Positions 16,769 through 25,593 of a stretch of 49,982 nt of DNA are shown piece by piece. The notes below the pieces were generated by a model. It made no database searches and was not told the origin of the DNA. It was given only the letters and a program-made list of their open reading frames with translations. The position numbers and the translations under genes were made by a program. Position 1 is the first letter of the stretch. Each line of letters starts with the position of its first letter. The stretch is taken from positions 1-49,982 of the IMG/VR virus record IMGVR_UViG_3300012921_000001. One strand, 5' to 3'. The DNA comes from a virus.

Positions 16769-17394
16769 GCAACACGAACCGAGGCAAAGCCCGCAACCCC
16801 GAAGACTTCTACCCCACAGAGCACTGGGTCACTCATGCTGCGCTGAAAGCTTTGCCTCAGCTTGCTCAGTATTCAGATGGCGTCTGGTGCGAACCGGCAG
16901 CAGGAGAAGGGCACATTGTGCAAGCCGTGGAGAGCTTCGGCTACCATCCAACCTGGCACCTCCTGGACCTTAGACCGGAATGCAAGAAACCGCTTCAGAA
17001 GCTCAACGTAGACCGCTCTCGTTTGTTTATCTCAACAGGTGAGATGTTTCAGTTCTGGGCTTACCCCAAAGCAGTGGACGTGCTCATCACGAATCCGCCT
17101 TACACATTTGCAGAAGACTTCATCAGAAGATCGCTGCTGTTTGCAAAGGTCGTTATCATGCTGCTTCGCTTGAACTACATCGGCAGCGAAGAGCGTGAGG
17201 ATTTATTCGACAAGTACCCGCCCGATCTCTATCCGGTGCATCCAAGACCTTTTCCCGATGCCACAGAATATGCCTGGTTCACCTGGGGCCTTTCGGAAGG
17301 TCACCACTGGCAAAGAATAAAAGGCTTCCGCCCCGAGAAAGAGCGAAAGCCTAAGAAGATTAGCGAAGGTCAGCTGCTATTTGATCTCCATTAA
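16765..17394 (+). CDS. DNA N6-adenine methyltransferase (orphan)
   Basis: AdoMet motif CEPAAGEGHIV and catalytic motif ITNPPY. ATGA overlap with the upstream gene. No endonuclease partner was seen. Confidence 0.85.
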   Translation: MSNTNRGKARNPEDFYPTEHWVTHAALKALPQLAQYSDGVWCEPAAGEGHIVQAVESFGYHPTWHLLDLRPECKKPLQKLNVDRSRLFISTGEMFQFWAYPKAVDVLITNPPYTFAEDFIRRSLLFAKVVIMLLRLNYIGSEEREDLFDKYPPDLYPVHPRPFPDATEYAWFTWGLSEGHHWQRIKGFRPEKERKPKKISEGQLLFDLH

Positions 17395-17961
17395 GAGCTT
17401 CAGCAGACAAGCCGCGCCGACTTGTTGTGATACCAGATTCGGATCGTACTTTCCATCACTGGCGTACTTGCCCTTCTTGTAGTGGTTTGTGAAACTCCAC
17501 AAATAGGGCGACTTCACATCAGGGTGATAGAGCCGGTATCCATACCCGTTGTAACCTTCCAGTTCCCAGAGCATCCTTGCAGTGCTCCAGTTCGTTACCT
17601 TGTCCAGCTTCCTGAGCTTCAGCGCATCTAGTGCCGACTCTTCCCAGGTGTAAGCAGAGCCTTTGCCAGCAGCCGGATCTGCTACCGGTCTGCCTTTTGG
17701 CACGTGCGTTGTTTTGCCAGTGAGCGGGTCACCATTGTGCAGGTGCTTCTTAAAGTTCAGCCCTGCTTCCATTGAGTGCACCACGGCAATGAATCGCCAC
17801 GGGATGCCCAGCTGGCTTCCAATCGCTTCATAGCGCTTGCGATAGGCAATGATTGCATTCACACGAGTCTTCACGTGGTGCATCAATTCCGGCTTGATGA
17901 CCATAGTGTTAAAGAGATTCGTGTACTCAGCAGTCAGAGCTGTGTTCAATTCCAGGCTCAT
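17377..17961 (-). CDS. endolysin, lysozyme-family protein (COG5526-type)
   Basis: GIPWRFIAVVHSME, NGDPLTGKTTHVPKGRP, ELEGYNGYGYR and SPYLWSFTNHYKKGKYASDG match my memory of this family. It is the last gene of the late operon, after holin-like genes. Confidence 0.75.
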   Translation of the reverse strand: MSLELNTALTAEYTNLFNTMVIKPELMHHVKTRVNAIIAYRKRYEAIGSQLGIPWRFIAVVHSMEAGLNFKKHLHNGDPLTGKTTHVPKGRPVADPAAGKGSAYTWEESALDALKLRKLDKVTNWSTARMLWELEGYNGYGYRLYHPDVKSPYLWSFTNHYKKGKYASDGKYDPNLVSQQVGAACLLKLLMEIK

Positions 17962-17964
17962 ACG

Positions 17965-18282
17965 TCACTTCCTTTTTGGGAATGCCCAGAGAATGACGCC
18001 AGCAATTGCACCGACACATACAGTGAGCACATAGTTGATATTGATCCCGATGCCGGCCTTCCCGCTGTATAGCGCCCATGAGTGCAACGAGAAGGCACCA
18101 AAAACGATGGCAATGAACGCGTTACCAGCAAGAAACAAAATCCACGCCTTAACGTAGGCGATGAGCTTCTTCTCTAGTCCGTGAATGCAGTCGATAAAGA
18201 ACGTGCAGCCACAGTCTGGACACTCGTGCTCTATTTCGTTTCCTTCGGGTTGCAGTGCTTCACTAGCTTCGTTGCCATCCAT
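17965..18282 (-). CDS. holin candidate (two TM helices) with an N-terminal CxxC motif
   Basis: 105 aa. TM helices WILFLAGNAFIAIVFGAF and VLTVCVGAIAGVILWAF. It sits immediately upstream of the endolysin. Confidence 0.6.
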   Translation of the reverse strand: MDGNEASEALQPEGNEIEHECPDCGCTFFIDCIHGLEKKLIAYVKAWILFLAGNAFIAIVFGAFSLHSWALYSGKAGIGININYVLTVCVGAIAGVILWAFPKRK

Positions 18283-18374
18283 CCCGCACAGTCTCCACGC
18301 ATAGCGATCACGACCGGCACCAGAACGATTGCCAGAATGATCGTGCCATTTACCACATACTCATGAGGGCTCAT
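18231..18374 (-). CDS. small single-TM protein (47 aa), below the ORF-track cutoff; possible second holin/antiholin
   Basis: My own translation: MSPHEYVVNGTIILAIVLVPVVIAMRGDCAGWMATKLVKHCNPKETK. TAATG coupling to the upstream gene. It overlaps the 105-aa ORF start by 52 nt. Confidence 0.35.
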   Translation of the reverse strand: MSPHEYVVNGTIILAIVLVPVVIAMRGDCAGWMATKLVKHCNPKETK

Positions 18375-18823
18375 TACGCCACCGCTTTACCTTCTGCTGC
18401 ATCATTCGGATTGAGCAGCAATGCCTTCGTGAAACCAGTCACCAGGGCGAAGAGCACTAAGCCTTCTACCTGGTAGAAGCGGGCTTCTTCCGTCCACTCA
18501 TCACGAGTCTTTGCGATGAGCTTGGCAGTGGTCTTCTCTTCTGCCAAAAGCTTTTCACGAGCTGCTTTCTGCTCTGGAGTTTCGCCCGGCACAGGATGCT
18601 TCAATGCAGCATCGCCAAAAGCGCGGTGAGCAATCTTGCCGCCCTGCTCTTTGATGTTTTGCACTTGCGTCTTCCCGTCGCCGTCCAGGTCGGCGTTGAT
18701 TAGATCAACCTTCGCCTTCACGGTTGCAGCGGTCGAAGCGGCAGTCTGCACGCCTTCGCTGATCTTGGCACCAATAGCCAGCGGACCTTTGATGCCATCT
18801 TTGAACTTGTCGAAAAATCCCAT
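18374..18823 (-). CDS. hypothetical protein with a C-terminal TM anchor
   Basis: ATG 18823 (MGFFDKFKDG…) lies 3 nt after GGAGGAG. The track start at 18973 would overlap the fibre gene. The C-terminal helix is VEGLVLFALVTGFTKALLL. Confidence 0.6.
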   Translation of the reverse strand: MGFFDKFKDGIKGPLAIGAKISEGVQTAASTAATVKAKVDLINADLDGDGKTQVQNIKEQGGKIAHRAFGDAALKHPVPGETPEQKAAREKLLAEEKTTAKLIAKTRDEWTEEARFYQVEGLVLFALVTGFTKALLLNPNDAAEGKAVA

Positions 18824-18845
18824 ACTCTCCTCCCTTTGCGTTGAA

Positions 18846-20651
18846 TTAACCGAACCTTCTGCAAACACCTGTTGCAGTCTTCGTATCGGTGATACCTGTA
18901 GAACCTGCCGCTGCTGCCTGAGTTGCTGAGCCGCCAGTACCTGCTGCACCGCCGGTAACAGTGATAGAGCCATTATTCGTGAACGTACCTTCTGACCACA
19001 TGCCGCCTATGCCGCCACCGCCACCTGCACCATTGCCGCCACTACCATTGCCGTTGCCGCCGACACCGCCATTAGCTCCGACCGTCTTAGTAGCATTGAT
19101 TGTTACGTCACCCTTACTCCTAAGATCAATGACACCACCACTGCCAGCGCCGCCACCGCCACCACCACTAGCGCCAGCAGCCACTCCTGCCCCGCCGTGA
19201 GCGGAAATGTTTCCATTAATAACCACGGTGCTAGCAACTTCGAAGTATACGAAACCACCAGCAGCACCACCTGTACCCGAGGCCGCAGTTGCTCCACCGC
19301 CACCACCAGAAGATCCTCCAGACGCCTGATCTAATGTCGTCCAAGCACCTCCACCAAAAGCGCGAATATTTGCAGTGTTGCTTCCACCAGCACCACCAGC
19401 ACCACCACAGCCACCGCCGCCACCACCGCACCGGTCGGAAGTCGAAATACCGCCTTGCCCTGCGTTAGGACCATTCCCGTTCTGACCCGGTGCACCGTTC
19501 ACAGCACCACCAGCACCACCAGCCTGGGCAGTAGAAATGACCATGTCGTGATTCAGCGTCATTGTGCCGCTAATAAAGATACGAGTCCCGCTTGCTACAG
19601 TCAGAGTGCCGGTTGAAGTCCAGTTACCCGCGTGCATGTAGGTTCCGGATATAGATCCGCTAGTAGGCAGAGCGCGTGAACCATCGCCACCAAAAGGAAT
19701 ACCGCCAGCACCGCCAGAGAACGCTTCTATCCCGTTACCAGCTGCATTGACTCTGAATTGTTGCAAGGCTGTGCCTGTTACCTGCACGACCTTGGAACCG
19801 TCGCCTGCAAGAATTCCGTTGTTCGCGACACCGAGCGAAGCATTATTAGTGCCACCGTCACCTATCTTCTTTGTGAAACCAAAGCGGGCAATTTCATAGG
19901 CGTCAACACCACGACGCTCTAAAAGCAGGTACTGGGTTTTCGAATTCATGGTGAGATCGACATTGTCACGCAAGTAGATCTTCCCAGCACCGCCAGTAGA
20001 GTGCTTCCACACTACCGTCTCAGAAGCATCTTTCATTGTGAACAAGGCGAGCGTCAAACCAGGATAAGACCAGTTGATCGTCTGACAATTATCTGGACCT
20101 GTACCACCTTCCGGATCAACGTAGTTAAGAAACTGTGTAGGAGTGAGTTCGTCGCTGACAATAGAAAGATTCACACCCTGCTGATTGCCAGGCAAGCGTC
20201 TAAGTCTGAAAAGACTACTGCGCATCACCTCTGTCAAAGTGCCAGAAGAAGCCGAAGAGTAGTACATCAAGATCCAATCGTTCGGACCTTCTAGCAAGAA
20301 ATTCACGCCATCTGCAAGTATGAATTTGTTTGATGCACCTTGGTTGTTTCGAAAAGTCACAGCACGAGCAGAATTCGCACCGCAAAAGGCATACAGCCCA
20401 CCATCCCGCATGTTTGTGCTTACGAAATTATCCAGATTCTGCGCCGAAGCGGCCAGGTAAGTGTCAAGGGCATAAACAGAGCATTCATTTACAGGGGTGA
20501 TCTGACCGCTTGCATTAAGCGTCAGCGTCTGTTTCGGACCGACTCCGATCACTTCTTTCAAAATGGAAAGAATATTCTCGTCAAAGGTTTTCATCGCGCC
20601 TTGAGTAATGGCGGAATTAGACGGATAGCCCGCAGGAGGTACAGCAGTCAT
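18846..20651 (-). CDS. tail fibre / receptor-binding protein with a glycine-rich C-terminal repeat domain
   Basis: 601 aa, located downstream of the J-like gene. The C-terminal ~260 aa alternate poly-Gly/Ala/Ser blocks with strands such as VVINGNISAHGG, VTINATKTVGANGG and FTNNGSITVTGG. Confidence 0.7.
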   Translation of the reverse strand: MTAVPPAGYPSNSAITQGAMKTFDENILSILKEVIGVGPKQTLTLNASGQITPVNECSVYALDTYLAASAQNLDNFVSTNMRDGGLYAFCGANSARAVTFRNNQGASNKFILADGVNFLLEGPNDWILMYYSSASSGTLTEVMRSSLFRLRRLPGNQQGVNLSIVSDELTPTQFLNYVDPEGGTGPDNCQTINWSYPGLTLALFTMKDASETVVWKHSTGGAGKIYLRDNVDLTMNSKTQYLLLERRGVDAYEIARFGFTKKIGDGGTNNASLGVANNGILAGDGSKVVQVTGTALQQFRVNAAGNGIEAFSGGAGGIPFGGDGSRALPTSGSISGTYMHAGNWTSTGTLTVASGTRIFISGTMTLNHDMVISTAQAGGAGGAVNGAPGQNGNGPNAGQGGISTSDRCGGGGGGCGGAGGAGGSNTANIRAFGGGAWTTLDQASGGSSGGGGGATAASGTGGAAGGFVYFEVASTVVINGNISAHGGAGVAAGASGGGGGGAGSGGVIDLRSKGDVTINATKTVGANGGVGGNGNGSGGNGAGGGGGIGGMWSEGTFTNNGSITVTGGAAGTGGSATQAAAAGSTGITDTKTATGVCRRFG

Positions 20652-20664
20652 GTTGAAACCCTGA

Positions 20665-23600
20665 TTAGTAGCCGTGTATTACGAGGTCCACTATACCGTC
20701 ACAAGGTACACCACTAGAATCAAGTACATAGATCAATACGCCTACATCCGCATCCTTACCCGCACAAACAGCGCTGGCACCGTTTGGATAGGTAACGTTC
20801 ACAACAGGGGTGGCACTTACGTGTTCGATGTGCACGAAGTCGCTATCAGGTACTACTTCAAGGCCAGCAGCAGGGATGAAGACATTTGCAATTCGCTCTT
20901 CGATGTCTTGCATATCGGTAACAACGCTGACCTGTTCAATGAAAGAAGGATGTGTAGCGCTTTCGTAGCAAGTGACACGAAAACGCATCTCACCAGGTGA
21001 GCCATCAAGTGAGCCGGTCCAGGGCAGCCACACTCCGCTGCCCGCCCACCATTGATCAGAATCGCTAGCCTTATCCCAATACAGATCGCTGTCATCTGAC
21101 CAGAAGGGGGCACTGGAGACGGGCTGATATTCAACGAAGTAAACGGCAGCATCAACTACAAGCTCAATGTCATTGCGCATCACAACCTTGTAATTTTTGC
21201 CAGCAAGCGAAGGATCAGGCGTAAAGTAAAACTCATAGGTAAGACGCGCCGTGCCATCACTCCAGAACAGATCAGAATCGGCTTTATTCCAACGCTTCGA
21301 ACTGTCATCGCCAGCCCAGTAAGCGCCCGCCGTCGAAGCGGCCTCGATCATTCCGCCGTTTACGCTGCCACCATCAATGACACCAGGAAAAGTGGGATGG
21401 TAGTCCTGTTGCAAGTACAGGTTTTTGATTTCCCAGTGCTGAAGATCAAAGACGATCCAGGCAGTATCAGAGCTTTCATTGCCTGCACTATCTACTGTGC
21501 GGCAGCCAACAGTGATCAAGCCGGTCGGCAATTGCGTGGTGTCGAGCTCCGGAGACTTCTGGATGTTAACCAGAGTCGGCAGAAGATCCCACTGGCGGCA
21601 GTCTCCTACTGCGCCTTTCCATCGGGTGCCCTGGTAGTCCAGGGGCATTGGGCCAAGTAACGCCCGAATTACATTCCTGTCGGTGATTGCGGTCAGTGCA
21701 AGCGGTGTAGGTGGCGGTGTCTGCTTCCCAATAACGGTAGTCGGCTCCAGCGGTAGCCATGCAGAGTGAGCGCTAGGAGGGATGACATTTCTGACTTCAA
21801 TGTCATAGGTGACACCATCTTCAACGCCAGAAATCGTGAGAAAGCCTTGACCTATCCCAGCCCATTGAACCGGTCCAAAGTCAATTTCGTCAGTACGCTT
21901 CCAATGGAATTCCCAGCCGGTCACACGATAGTCAGAAGGCGGTTCCATCTGCACAATGATCTGCGACAAACAAGAATCATCAGGCAGCTTCAGCAGCGCA
22001 TCTTCATTGGTGACTACACCTCGCACCTTCGGCTCTGGGACAAAAAACCGGAAGGGATTTCTTTCTGTGGTCAAAGGCTCATAGGGCGGCACAGCTTCTG
22101 ACTCAGCCGTGTAAATTGCTGGCGAGTAGTCCAGCATTGTGATTCGTGCGCCCAAGTCCTTTTGATGACTAATCGAAACAACTATCATCTCAGCAGAGTC
22201 ATTGTCATAGAGACCGCACATGAAGAGGTCATCTACAGCGGGCTTCGGTGAAGTTGCTGCCGGAATCGGAACAGTGAAAGTCAGCGTGTTATGAGTGCCT
22301 GCAACAGTGTTGATCTGCCTGAAGTGGCTGCTGCCATCGGCACACCGGACCCGCACACCATAGATTTTTCCAGTCTCTAACACCACCGCCTGGTCAACGG
22401 TGATTGAAACAATGTCACCGTTGCCATTGGTATTGACTGCTTTGATTAGCCCTTCGCCAATACCCGCGCGGGCCACATCATGAGTCAGTCGAACCAGGTC
22501 ACCAACGTTGCAGCAGATCTGCTGAATGTCTGTGGTGATCTCGTGCGTCACCGGTCGCAGTCGCATTGTGCGCAGCAGCCAGCGTCCAAACTTATAAACC
22601 ATACTCGGGTCAACAATGCCCGGCAGGCTCATGTCTTCGATGTAGCACTGAGTAGATGCAGCGCTGAAGCCGTCTGCATAGACAATGCGCTCATCTTCTT
22701 CATACTTAAGATTCTTGTTTGCAAACTTGATCCGGAGCGCTTCCGCTTTTTTCGGCCACGCCCTGGACATCGTGTAATCCCAGGAGTTTGCAGGCGTGAA
22801 ATGCTGAGCAATCACGGTCAGCGGCCTATCGACAACAGGCGTATATTTGCCGTCACGAATCACATAAGATGCACGTCCAGCAGCTGCCACCATCTTTAGT
22901 GCATCGCTCAGCTGTGTTGGCTGGTCGAAAATGTAATTGAACTGATACCCCATCGCATCGCAATAGTCAGCCCATTCTTTGAAGGCATCGGCATCAAGCT
23001 CAGACTTCAGCACCCTGCTGTTAAAGAAAGGACCGGTCAGCATGTCCACAAAGATCCATGCCGGGTTAGAGCTTTCGACAGGCGCACCCCAAGTGGTGCC
23101 ATTCCATTTGGACACCTGGTGAGAGACCATCACACTGTAGTCATCCAGGTTGCCGTTGAGCTTGTCGCTTGCCTTTATACGCATCCCAACTTGCATGGCA
23201 GGCACAACCACACCCTGGGAGTCATAAAACGTCCTTACAGGCGACTCAAACCGCGTCGCGCGAAGGAAATACCAGTTGAAGTCATTGACGACATTTGGAT
23301 CGGTCGAGTCGGCAGACTGCCTGGTAACTTTGACTTCATAAAGAGCAGTGCGTGAAATGGTTGGAGAGACATAGTGAAAGAAATAACGCTTGCCTCTGCT
23401 GTTCGTGTAGATAGCACCTTCAAACAGAGTCAACCAGCCACCGCCAGCAGTGTTGCGATATTCAACCTTCACATTGACTGACGCCTGAGAATAATTAGTA
23501 ACCAGCTGCCCCTGGGCATTGGTCGTGGTGCTGGCTGTATAGAGCCCATTATCAAAGCTCAGAAGAATGGTGAACTGGTCAGCAAGCTGTGGTGCAAGCT

Positions 23601-24366
23601 TAGTGAGCGGTGTGCTGTTAATAACCGGCTCACCGATCAGCAGCTCATCTTCATCATTCGGAAAGAAAGTAATCGACTGAGCCACTTCGATCTTAGTGAC
23701 TTCAGGCATCGTGCTGACAAGCTTGTCGCCTATCTTGTGCTCTGTGTAAACATTCGGACCCAGTCCAACATCAAAGGCGAGATTTATGAACTGATCCTGA
23801 CCATTCACATTGGTCCAGGGCACTGCCGAATGTGACGGGCGCATTAGGTACTTGCCCGCGATGTACGGAATCTTGGAACCGCGATCAAGCCGGTTTGCGA
23901 TGCCGGTTATAAGCGGCAGCACAGGAATAGAATCAGGCGGCGCCACATAACCACTGACACCAGATGCATTCCGCTTCGCGTCACTATCGGCGGTGCGCTG
24001 ACCACTGAAGCGAGAAAGCAAATAAGATGCAGACATCCCCGCGATGCCTACACCGATACCAAGCACCGACCTGCCGATGTTCTTAGGTGGCGGCTGAGGA
24101 GGCGGCAGTTGTGGATATGGTGCAACACCGTATCCGCCACCGGTTGTGTAATTCGGCATCCCAGGAACAGCAGTGACGTTTAGAAGGTCATGCTCTTGCA
24201 GCTCGTAGTTAAACGGCGCGGGAACACCGTTGACGTAGCAGAGCGTATGAAAAACGCTGTGAATACCAAGCAGTTTTACAGCGTCGATCACTTTCGTGCC
24301 AGCTGCAACTGTCAGCTCAGTAAGCTGTTCTTTGAAGGGGTTTTTCCGTGCGACTACTCGTGACAC
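20665..24366 (-). CDS. host-specificity / central tail fibre protein (lambda gpJ-like) with an N-terminal gpI-like module fused
   Basis: NPAWIFVDMLTGPFF…WADYCDAMGY parallels lambda J NMAWCLWDMLTHP…YVIGQYCD. An FN3-like segment is present. The N-terminal ~120 aa hold a ubiquitin-like segment ending VTAVPG plus the hydrophobic segment VLGIGVGIAGMSASYLL, as in lambda gpI. Confidence 0.85.
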   Translation of the reverse strand: MSRVVARKNPFKEQLTELTVAAGTKVIDAVKLLGIHSVFHTLCYVNGVPAPFNYELQEHDLLNVTAVPGMPNYTTGGGYGVAPYPQLPPPQPPPKNIGRSVLGIGVGIAGMSASYLLSRFSGQRTADSDAKRNASGVSGYVAPPDSIPVLPLITGIANRLDRGSKIPYIAGKYLMRPSHSAVPWTNVNGQDQFINLAFDVGLGPNVYTEHKIGDKLVSTMPEVTKIEVAQSITFFPNDEDELLIGEPVINSTPLTKLAPQLADQFTILLSFDNGLYTASTTTNAQGQLVTNYSQASVNVKVEYRNTAGGGWLTLFEGAIYTNSRGKRYFFHYVSPTISRTALYEVKVTRQSADSTDPNVVNDFNWYFLRATRFESPVRTFYDSQGVVVPAMQVGMRIKASDKLNGNLDDYSVMVSHQVSKWNGTTWGAPVESSNPAWIFVDMLTGPFFNSRVLKSELDADAFKEWADYCDAMGYQFNYIFDQPTQLSDALKMVAAAGRASYVIRDGKYTPVVDRPLTVIAQHFTPANSWDYTMSRAWPKKAEALRIKFANKNLKYEEDERIVYADGFSAASTQCYIEDMSLPGIVDPSMVYKFGRWLLRTMRLRPVTHEITTDIQQICCNVGDLVRLTHDVARAGIGEGLIKAVNTNGNGDIVSITVDQAVVLETGKIYGVRVRCADGSSHFRQINTVAGTHNTLTFTVPIPAATSPKPAVDDLFMCGLYDNDSAEMIVVSISHQKDLGARITMLDYSPAIYTAESEAVPPYEPLTTERNPFRFFVPEPKVRGVVTNEDALLKLPDDSCLSQIIVQMEPPSDYRVTGWEFHWKRTDEIDFGPVQWAGIGQGFLTISGVEDGVTYDIEVRNVIPPSAHSAWLPLEPTTVIGKQTPPPTPLALTAITDRNVIRALLGPMPLDYQGTRWKGAVGDCRQWDLLPTLVNIQKSPELDTTQLPTGLITVGCRTVDSAGNESSDTAWIVFDLQHWEIKNLYLQQDYHPTFPGVIDGGSVNGGMIEAASTAGAYWAGDDSSKRWNKADSDLFWSDGTARLTYEFYFTPDPSLAGKNYKVVMRNDIELVVDAAVYFVEYQPVSSAPFWSDDSDLYWDKASDSDQWWAGSGVWLPWTGSLDGSPGEMRFRVTCYESATHPSFIEQVSVVTDMQDIEERIANVFIPAAGLEVVPDSDFVHIEHVSATPVVNVTYPNGASAVCAGKDADVGVLIYVLDSSGVPCDGIVDLVIHGY

Positions 24367-24755
24367 TTGCTCTTATGCCTCCAAACAGAGTCTAAGAGGT
24401 TGATCCACATAGGTGATTTCCATGACTCTATGCAGGCGTTCTTCATCGGCTCTGTGTGCAGGAAATAGCTCTTTATCCCTATTGCGACAGCAACATGATT
24501 GGGCTGTGCCATCGTTTTGAAGATGAGAATGTCACCCTCCTGGGCGTTCTCTACTTCCACGAAAGAATGACGCAGGCTGAGGAATTCACGAGTCAGCGCC
24601 CGTGGCGATCGGGCACCATCTGTGGTGAGCAACGGCATGCTGATGTGAAACTCTTCAGCCATCACGTGACGGATCAAACCGTAGCAATCAAGCCCGCTGG
24701 CATCGCGCCCTAGAATCACATAGGGAATGCCTATGTACTTATTAGCCCAGGTCAT
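24354..24755 (-). CDS. NlpC/P60-family tail protein (lambda gpK position)
   Basis: GLDCYGLIRHV (catalytic Cys), GDILIF…NHVAVAI (His), FLHTEP. Confidence 0.8.
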   Translation of the reverse strand: MTWANKYIGIPYVILGRDASGLDCYGLIRHVMAEEFHISMPLLTTDGARSPRALTREFLSLRHSFVEVENAQEGDILIFKTMAQPNHVAVAIGIKSYFLHTEPMKNACIESWKSPMWINLLDSVWRHKSKCHE

Positions 24756-25240
24756 CGGTTTGCCCAGAGTCCTGGGTGAGTGCTGGGAGTCTTGCCCCAG
24801 ACCGGCACTTCTTCTGTCTCAAGCGAGCGAAGACCTAAATCAAAGGTTGCCTCACTCGCCTTGGCAGTAGCCTTCTTTGTGCTCAGGGGAGGATCAAGCT
24901 TCCACTGCACATAGTCCCAATCATCTTCCACCACGAACTTAGCGCCGACAGTGCCCGGAACATCATTGACCTTCTGCACCAGATCCAGTATCGAAGAGTC
25001 AACCCAACCCAGCACTAGCTTGCTGCCGGTAAGCTCATTCTGCTCTTCATCCATCAGATCGAGTTCAAACGGAAAGGCAGTGTAGACGCGTCCGTCATGC
25101 GTCACGTCCGTCACGTCATTGCACAGGTAAAGAGTCTCGAGACTCGGGTGTGCAATCTCAATCAGAGTGATGAAAGCCTTATTGCAGTTCGGACTGTTAA
25201 TAAGTGCTTTCGCTGCCGCATTGATAGTGGCGCGTGACAT
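24752..25240 (-). CDS. minor tail protein (lambda gpL position; DUF1833-like by recall)
   Basis: FITLIEIAHPSLETLYLCNDVTDVTHDGRVYTAFPFELDL pattern. Synteny between the M-like and K-like genes. Confidence 0.55.
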   Translation of the reverse strand: MSRATINAAAKALINSPNCNKAFITLIEIAHPSLETLYLCNDVTDVTHDGRVYTAFPFELDLMDEEQNELTGSKLVLGWVDSSILDLVQKVNDVPGTVGAKFVVEDDWDYVQWKLDPPLSTKKATAKASEATFDLGLRSLETEEVPVWGKTPSTHPGLWANR

Positions 25241-25590
25241 TACGGCAATTTCTCCAGCCTAAAGCTGACCGTCCAAAGCTTGCCCCGGCTGTGTGCCTCA
25301 GTGGGTTCATCAGGGCCGCTGAACTGCACGAGCATCGAACCATAGACAGGGTGCGTCCAGGTGAAAGCATCGACGCCACCGCTCAACTGGTCATAGAAAT
25401 TCCAGAAGGTCGGCAGAAGATCTTTTGTGATCTTGATCGAGCAATCAAAATACTGGACCTGACCGCTAAAGCGAACACGGCGCCTGGGTCTCCCCATCTC
25501 TGGTTCAGAGACGATCTTGTTAGGTTGCCGCGTGCCGCTCAGGCTACCCTGCAACGGAGCGGGCAGAGTAGAAGGCCACGATAATGGCAC
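25240..25590 (-). CDS. minor/distal tail protein (lambda gpM-like)
   Basis: GTG start. RRRVRFSGQVQYFDCSIKIT…FWNFYDQLSGGVDAFTWTHP parallels lambda M RKVRFGDGYSQR…FLEEHGGWKSFLWTPP. Confidence 0.6.
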   Translation of the reverse strand: MPLSWPSTLPAPLQGSLSGTRQPNKIVSEPEMGRPRRRVRFSGQVQYFDCSIKITKDLLPTFWNFYDQLSGGVDAFTWTHPVYGSMLVQFSGPDEPTEAHSRGKLWTVSFRLEKLP

Positions 25591-25593
25591 TGC

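Noticed and set aside
18824-18973. N-terminal extension of track ORF 18374..18973 (MALSLLPAVQQ…)
   Set aside because: It would overlap the fibre gene by 128 nt. An internal ATG at 18823 has a perfect GGAGGAG Shine-Dalgarno.
18961-19200. Proline-rich 79-aa plus-strand ORF (PPMPPPPPAPLPP…), plus the W/R-rich ORFs 19103..19431
   Set aside because: These are mirror-image artefacts of the GGN-rich coding sequence of the glycine-rich fibre domain on the opposite strand or in shifted frames.
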